NCBI GenBank assembly: GCA_036405415.1
Contig: DASWXP010000002.1
Coordinates: 556,450-620,449, forward strand
Length of the DNA stretch: 64,000 nt
Source: Minisyncoccota bacterium
GTDB taxonomy: Bacteria > Patescibacteriota > Minisyncoccia > Phycocordibacterales > Phycocordibacteraceae
Direction of reading: 5' to 3'
The notes below the pieces were generated by a model that saw only the letters and a list, made by a program, of their open reading frames with translations, ran no database searches and was not told where the DNA came from. A program made the position numbers and the translations under genes. Below, piece after piece: positions 28,601 through 37,600 of the stretch; the stretch's first letter is position 1; each line of letters opens with the position of its first letter.

Positions 28601-31600
28601 GCGTGGAACAGCACGACGAAGCGCTTCGAGTTCAACATGCCGGTCTTCTCCGCAAACGGCATCTTCACAAACGCGACCACGAGTAACCTAGCCGTTACGA
28701 ACTTCACGCTCGGCGGTTCCACCTTTACCTCGCTCCTCGGATCAGGACTCTCGAACGTTGGGGGCGCACTTACCGCAGACCTCGGCGCGCTCGACGACAC
28801 GTTCTTCAGGCAGGACGGGAACTCTTTCGGCGCTACCGCAATCCTTGGCACGAACGACAATAACAATCTCGCGTTTGAGACGAACGGGTCCACGAAGATG
28901 ACCCTCCTTGCCAACGGCTACCTCGGTATCGGCACCACCTCTCCGACGACCCCGCTTTACGTCTCGAGCGACTTCCCGCGCATCACCATCGACAGGAATA
29001 CGAACAACAGCGGCAACTCGCTCATACTCTTCAACCAGGAGTCCGTACTCAAGGCCGGGATAGGAATCGCCGGAGGAACCAACGGCGTGATTGCTGGAAG
29101 CGTATCCGGAGACCTCGTCGCGCGCACTCAGGGAGGGAACATGTACTTCTCGAACGATGGCACGGGAGCGACCTCGCAGCTCTCGATTATCAATAACGGG
29201 AACGTCGGTATCGGTACCGTGACGCCATCGACGCTCTTGCATCTTCATACGGCCGGCGGAGGTGACGCACCTCGCCTTAAGTTCACGAACGGCACCACCG
29301 GCACGACCGCGACAGACGGCGCGTTCGTGGGCATCTCGAACACCTCGCAGCTCGATGTGTGGAACTTCGAGAGCAATTCCTTGCGGTTTGCCACAGCGAA
29401 CACCCTGCGGATGGTAATCGATGCTACGGGAAATGTAGGAGTAGGAACCTCGTCTCCAGCTTTCGCGGCGATATCAGCCCGGTATCTGGCGGTTGACGGG
29501 TCAAGTCTCGGAGCGGATATTCCTGGTGCGGTCGGTGCCGGAGGCAACATCACAGGAACTACGAATAACATCGGCCAGTTTGCGTTCTACAACAACGCGC
29601 TTTCAACCGCAGAGAAGCGCAACGCGACGATTGTAGGAACGAACGACGGGGCGCTCAATAGCGGTCTCATCAGATTCTTCACGGCGAATGCGGGCACGCT
29701 AGGCGAACGCATGCGCATCACGTCAACCGGCAACATCGGTATCGGCACCACAACTCCGGATCGAATGCTCTCTGTGGCGGGTACGGGACTCTTCACCGGC
29801 CTCACGACCTTCCTCTCCGGCTTTGACATCGGAGGCTCGACGTTCACGTCGCTTCTCGGGAGCGGCCTCACTAACGTAGGCGGCGCGCTTACGCTTGACC
29901 GCACGGGAGACTGGACCGGAACATTCGATGGACAGGAGGGGTCGTACTATCTTGCGCGCGCGAACCATACCGGTACGCAGCTAGCGTCTACCATCTCTGA
30001 TTTCGCAAGCACCGCGCGCGGACTCTTCAGCTCGACCGCGACGGGCCTTACCTATACTTCAGGCACGGGCGTCTTTTCTCTGACATCAGGCTACGAGATT
30101 CCGCTGACCGCTTCAACTACCAATTGGAACACCTTCTATAACACCCCTTCGACCCGCATCACCGCAGGTTCTGGCCTTGCATGGGCAGGCAACACGCTCT
30201 CAGCAGACCTTAATACCCTCGACGACACGTTCTTCAGGCAAGACGGCAATTCCTTCGGAACGACCGCAACGCTTGGTACGAATGACAGCAATGCGCTCGC
30301 ACTTGAGACCAATGGATCAACCCGGCTCACCATCACGTCCTCAGGGAACGTCGGTATCGGAACGAGCTCGCCGACGCATGCACTGTCCGTAAACGGAAAT
30401 GCCTATATACAAGGAGGAATCGGAAGCGGCATCGAGCCGGCTTCAGTGCCGGGCATACTCTTGCTTAACCGCACGGGCGGCGATCCGGCCATAGTGTTCT
30501 ACGAGAATGGTTCCCAGGTCGGACAGCTGCGCGGAGACGGCACCAACAACAAGATCCAGTTCAGTAACGCGCTCGCAACCCGCTTCCCGTTCACTCTTGA
30601 TCTGACGACAGAGAACATCGGTATCGGCACCACAACTCCGGAGGGCCGCCTTACGCTTGTGGCGAGCTCGACAGGAGACTCGCTTGTCATCGCAAGCTCG
30701 ACCGGCGCTCGGCAGCTTACGGTCAATACGAATGGCTCCCTAATCTTCTCTTCAAGCGGGCAGTCCTACAAGCAGGTTACGGGCGTAGATGAGGACGGGC
30801 CTTCGATCTTCCTTAACCGCACGCTCGGCAATGAAGCCACGGCAAACGAGCACGGCATCATAGACCGCAACACCTTCACGCGCGCGACCAAGGCCTATAA
30901 CTCGTACGACTCACAGCCGTACTTTACGGGTACGAACGACTACGATCACTACGCAGGATTCCAAGCCCGGGGCGCGATGAACTCGACCGGCACGCTCAGC
31001 CGTTATCACGGCTTCGCATCGACGCCGAATGTCGCCGCTGGTACGGTGACGAACCTGTACGGCTACAGCGTCTACGACGCGGTCGGTGCCGGAACGGTGA
31101 CGAACAACTACGGCCTCCACGTACAGAACCTTACGAAGGGAACGAATAACTTCGCGATATACACCGACGGAACTACAAAGTCCTATTTCGGCGGAAACGT
31201 CGGCATCGGTACCACATCTCCAGCGTCACTACTCCACGTCTCTTCTAACACATCTACGAGTTTTACCGTCGAGCGCGATAGCGTTACTGATCCTGGAAAG
31301 ATCCAGCTCATTACTGAATCGGCAGAGAACAGCATTTACTCGAGAACTAACACAACAGCCGCAAAGAACTTGCGATTTGTAATCGGTACTGCCGAGCGAA
31401 TGCGCATCGATACGTTAGGCAATGTCGGTATCGGAACGACGTCGCCATCCCGACTGCTCTCCGTTGGTGATGACGGAACATACTCCGCGTACTTCTCCGG
31501 TCGCGTGGGTATCGGAACGACATCGCCTACCCGCGGTCTAGTTCTTACTTCTGCAACAACGGTTAACGCAGCCCTCCAGCTTGCTTATACGGCCTCAGGC

Positions 31601-34600
31601 GGACGCACCTGGGACATCAATCCGTTCCGAAACGGCGTGAGCAATGCCGGATTCGAGATTTACGATGTCACCGCAGGAGCGAGCCGCATTGCGATTGACG
31701 CGTCAGGGAACGTAGGTATCGGCACTACATCTCCTTCTGCGAAGCTTGATGTGTACGGGAACGCAATCCTTTCATCGGCAGGCTCTACCCTCAGTTTCGT
31801 TAAGAGCGGCGCAGGAGAGACGCCTGCAATCCTCTTTACGCACTCGACGAATGCCGGCGGCTCCCGCATAGTCTCGAGCGGCTCGAACGCGCAGGCGCTG
31901 ATCATCGATCTTGATCAAGATGCAACCTCAAATTTCGATGCATTCAGCATCAGGGCGAACAATACGAGCACGCGATTCCACATTGATAATGCGGGGAATG
32001 TCGGTATCGGCACCACATCTCCATTCGCCAAGCTTCATGTATATGGCGGCGCATCAGGAGTTACTACGCCTTCTGCTACCGCAGACGATTTCGTTGTTGA
32101 AGGCAGCTCGACGAGCCAGAACGGCTTTTCGCTCCTCGGTCCCGACAGCGCGTACGCTTACCAAGTATTCGGTTCTCCCTCAGACAGCTTTGGCGCGTTC
32201 TCGCGGTGGAACTTTAATAATAAGCTTTTTGAAATAGGAACCGCAGATGACACCGGTGCCGCAGACCTTGCCTTCGTGACCGGAAACTCTTCCGAGAAAA
32301 TGCGCATTCTTGATAATGGGAATGTCGGTATCGGCACAACCACGCCAGGGCAGCTGCTCCATGTATATGGCGGAACGAACCCGGCTATCCGCGTTACCGG
32401 AAGCGGCAACACGAGCGCGTACATGGACATTGCAACCGATGGAACCGGCACGGCTCAGACGCGATACATAACAGGGAATACGGCACGGTGGGCCGTAGGT
32501 GTCGACCCGGCAGCGAATAACAATTTCGTGTTCGCGAATAGCTCCGCTGTTACGAGCGGTCAAAGGATGGTGCTTACGACTTCTGGAAATCTCGGTATCG
32601 GCACTGTCGCGCCGCAGACGGCACTTTCTTTCGCGACAACGTCTGCCGCATCCGGCATAACGCTCTATCAGACAGCTGACGAGACGACGAATTACGCGCG
32701 GGGACGCATGTACTACAACGGAAGCGTGTTTACGCTTCGCACGGAAAAGGCAGGATCAGGAGCCGATACGCCGCTCAGTATCTACCCATCAAACGGCATC
32801 GCGAATATCTACTTCTCAACATTAGGCACAGATGGAAATACCGGCTTCGTGCAGATCGGCGCTGCCAATAACACACAGAACCGCATCAGCGTGCATCTCG
32901 GTGTCGGCTCGCACGGCGCTTCTGTAGGAACGCAGACACAGGTCGCTATCCAGCCTACGATTGCGCAGGCTGGAACTGCGAACTACATTGCGCTCTCCAT
33001 CAAGCCGACCGAATCATCGCTCGGATCCGGAAGCAGCTATCTGTTCCAGGCGGGGACCGCAGCCAATCCTGGGATGTTTAACATCACGAATGCTGGAAAC
33101 GTGGGTATTGGAAACTCGAATCCTGGCTCGCTTCTGAATGTTTCTACCGATACGGTCGGCGCAGCAGCTTTCATGGTCAATACTGTAACGGGGGGCCAGG
33201 CACGATGGCAGATTACAGCGGCAGGTTCGCCAACAACCTCGCGCTTCATAATGTCTGCGCGAGACAGCTCGAACAACACTGCTGTGTCCATCGATCCAAC
33301 GGGAACAACCTATTTCAATACTGGAGGCAATTTCGGTATTGGCACTTCCAGCCCGTCACGCAAGCTTACGGTTGAAGGCGACGCATCTGTCTTGTTCCGC
33401 CTCGATCGAACCACGACGGTTAACAGCTATAATACGATTCAATTCAACAGCCCTTGGACAGGTGGAAGCTACACAGCACAGATAGGAACGAAGGCAGAAA
33501 GTACGTATGCCAATAGCTACACGTACATCTCGGCTGATAATACGAACATTCACCTCGCGGTAACCACTGCGGGTAACGTGGGCATCGGCACCGTCAGTCC
33601 AACCGACAAGCTTGCGGTGCTCGGAGACACGAATGGATACATAAACGCTCGCGTACGCAATGATAATGCCGGATCTTCAGCGTATGCGATGATCGGCATC
33701 AATGCTTCAGGCAACTCCTGGGGCATGCGCATGGGGTCTGCAGCAAACAACAGCAACAGGCTTGATTTCGTCTCAGACGCCTTCGGTACGCCTGTAGAAA
33801 GGTTGAGCATCACGACAGCAGGAAACGTCGGTATAGGTACCACGACTCCTACCGCACTGTTCCAGGTAGGAAGCGCGACTCAACGCGGCTTCAAAGTGTA
33901 TGGAAATAATAGTCCTTATGGGACGGTGCTCGCCGGTGATGCTGGTGGTTGGGCGTTTGGGTATAATTTTGAAGGTAATGCAGGAGCAGCTCTCGGTGGA
34001 TTCGGAGCGTTAGGGAACTCAAATAGCCTGGACAGTTACTATATCGGTACGTTCGCGAATCAGAGGATGACTATCCTTAGCGGGGGTAATGTCGGTATCG
34101 GGACTACAAGCCCGTACGCTGGACTCACGATTGCCCGCGGAGGCGGTACTGCAGCATTTGCCGACACAATCCTTTCGCTAAACAGCTCATCGAATGTTGA
34201 GCGATTCAGATTCTCCGGAGACGGTTCGATGCAGTGGGGAACAGGTGCGGCAAACGGCATCCTTTCTTGGGATACAAATCTCGCGATAGTGGGGGGAAGC
34301 GCAGGGAACGCCCTTTCTCTACGTGCGAACAATGCAGACGTTGTCCGCATAACAACTGCAGGCAACGTCGGCATCGGCAACTCGGCGCCAACCACACCAC
34401 TTGATACGCAGGGCATAATCACGACGCGCTCCGCGGCAGCGGATACGCCGGGCGCGCCAACCGAAAGCATTCGCATGTCGCTTACGGGATATTCGCCAAC
34501 AGACAGATATAGGAATTCGATATTCAACTCGGTATCGACCATCCCCGCTTCTTCGGTAATGCAGTTCAGGGTTAATAATGGTGATACGACGCAGGCGACG

Positions 34601-37600
34601 GTAATGACGCTGCTGGGCAATGGAAACGTAGGCGTCGGCATCACGAATCCAAGCTACCGATTCACCGTTCAGGATACGACGACAGACGGTATCGCAGGAC
34701 GATTCTCTCAGTCAGGAACGGGCACGCCCTTTGGTGTCTACTCGTCAGCAACAGGCGCGGGAACGCAGAACGTTGCCGGCTACTTCCAGACAAGCGGCGC
34801 AACTACGAATATCGGCGTAAGTGCTGACGTTGCGTCAGGCGCGAACAACTACGCCTTCTACGCAGCCAATACTGCAAAATCGTACTTCGCAGGCAACGTC
34901 GGCATCGGCGTTACGAGTCCCGCAAGCCAACTCACGGTTGGAAAGACAACCGGAGGTGTCATATCGATCACGACCGCAGGAACCGCGGGTACCACCGCCT
35001 CGCCGCTTCCGGCGACCCTCAACTTCGTTGGGTACGGAGAAGTCACCAAGGGCGCTATCAGCGTGCAGGACCGAACCGGAAACGTCCTCGGAGGATGGAT
35101 GAAGTTCCAGACCGCCGACAGCTCTGACGTGCTTCAGGACCGAGTAATGATAGATAGGGCGGGCAACTTCGGTATCAATACGATGACGCCGCAGGCAACG
35201 CTCGTGGTGGGCGGCGCGCAGAGCGGCAATGCAGGCCTCGAGATCGTTCCAGGCTCCGGCATCGTCGCGCAGTCGTACAACCGAAACACAAGCGCGTATG
35301 CAAGCCTCAGCTTCGACGCGTCAGCAATCGCATTCCGCCCGAGCGGCTCGACCATGCTTACGGTCAACGGCGCAGGAGCTGCGGTGGGAACCGCGAGCGT
35401 CTCTGACCGCTTCGTCGTGGAGGTCGCGACCAATAAGCGTCTCGGTGTAGAAGAGATCACGAGCTCGGCAATCAGCGACTTCTCGACGGGCGGCGCGAGC
35501 ATCCAGTTCTCGCGCGCGAGCGATGGGGCAGATAACCTGACCGGTATATTCACCTACAACAATTCCGGAAACACGAGCATTAACCTCGCCATGGCAGCAC
35601 GCAGCGACTTGGTGTTCGCAGCTGGCGGAGGCGCAGCGTACACGAACTCTCCAGAGCGCATGCGCATAACGAGTTCCGGTAACGTCGGTATCGCTACGTC
35701 CACTCCTGGCCAGGCGCTCACGGTTGCAGGAAGCACGTACATAACCGGAGGTCTTGGCATCGGTAACGTCAACACGACTGCAGGCTCGCTCCTCACCACC
35801 TCGCACATAACGATGGGAACGCTCTCGCAGTTCTCTGCTGCAGGCGGCTCAGCACTCACGTCGCCAGCAAACGGCGTATGGCGCGTAACCAACAACGCAG
35901 GAACCGACTTCAGTCGCTTCCAGTTCGGCGGAGGCACTTCAGCATTCCCGTCTATCAAGCGCAATGGCGCAGGTCTCGACTTCCGCCTGGCGGATGATTC
36001 CGGATATGCGACCACGACCCATCAGGGCGGTCTCTTCCTTGGAAATGTCGGTGTGGGAACCACGACGCCAGGGTACAGGCTTAGTGTTGGAGGCGATATC
36101 AATTTTACCGGCAGCCTTTATCAGAACGGCGTCGCGTTCGGCGGCTCGTCACAGTGGACGACGAGCGGAAGTAACATCTACTACAACACTGGCAATGTCT
36201 CGATTGGTACGACCACAACGTCATCCACAACGAAGCTCTTCGTGGTAGGTCCGAACACTGGTACTGTCGCATTCTCGGTTGGCGATAGGTTTAGGGTTGA
36301 TGGCCTAGGAAATCTTTTCTGGGGCCAAACCGCAGGAACTGTTAGCGGCATTCTTTCATCTGCTGCGAATGGTGACGTAACGATGGGTTCTCAGTTTGCT
36401 AATAGAGACTTGTACATTCAGACAAGTGCATTTAACGCTATCCAAATCTACGGAGGTGTTACCGGCACGCTAGGAAACATCAAGCTTGGCGCATATGGAG
36501 CGGGTACACTCCAGACAGACGGTGCCGGAAACGTCACTGCTTCATCGGATGAGCGCCTCAAGGATATTCAAGGCAATTTCTCGAGAGGGCTTGCAGATCT
36601 CATGGCCATAAATCCGATTAATTACCGATGGAACGCAGCTTCAGGGTTCGATACTGAAGGCATGTACAGCGGATTCTCAGCACAGAACGTCAAAGATTCT
36701 ATCCCTGAAGCGGTAGGAACAGATCCGAGGGGATATCTGACGTTGTCGGATCGACCAATACTTGCTGCTACCGTGAACGCAGTGAAGGAGCTCAATGTCC
36801 GCACGCTTTCACTCGCACCAGCGGCTCAGAACCAGGAAGCACACTCGCTCGCGGTATCCGCAGACGCGTCCGTAGCAGGCCTCCTCACGGTCTCCGGCAC
36901 CGGCTCATTCCTCGGTACCGTAGAAGCAGCGTCATTCCTGACGACTGCAGACGCAGGACTTCCTGAGAACGTGCTCACGGCAGGTCAGGCAGACCTCTAC
37001 AAGATGGCGCGCTTCGCCATCTCAGAGATCAAGGACCTCAAGGAGCGCACGGACCTCCTTGCGGTACGCATCGACGACATCGAGACCCGTGTTGCCGCGC
37101 TCGAGGCACAGGGACAGAGCGCCTCCTCGACCATGGCCGGGGCCGTTGGCCTCACGGCAAGTTCCCTCAAGAGCGCGCTCGAATCCTTCGGTATCTTCAT
37201 CGAGAACGGCATCGCGCAGTTCAATACGCTCGTATTCCGACAGCTCGCGGTTGCCAAGGACGAAGCGGGCGACTCTTCCGCAGGCAGCGTAACCATCCTC
37301 GCGGGCAACACCGTGACGCAGGTGCAGAACCCGTACGTGCTCCCGACCTCAAAGGTATTCGTCACCTTCACGAGCCCGGTGGTTGGCGCGTGGTACATCA
37401 GCCACAAGGAAGCAGGCAGCTTCCGCGTGACGCTCGCCGAGTCCCAGCCTTCTGACGTCTCCTTCGACTACTTCATCCTCCAGACCGAAGGCCAGCTCGC
37501 AAGCCCGGGCGCCGCAGGACCGAGTCAGCAGAACCAGGTCCCGACGCCGGCACCGCAGCCGTTCCAGCCGGTGTTCCCGCAGGACGGGGGAACCACGACG

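Noticed and set aside
28900-36250. Possibility that the periodic repeats are a CRISPR array or non-coding satellite
   Set aside because: Repeats are in-frame, diverged, of variable spacing (240-300 nt) and lie within one continuous ORF. There are no short identical direct repeats with unique spacers. No CRISPR array is present anywhere in the window.
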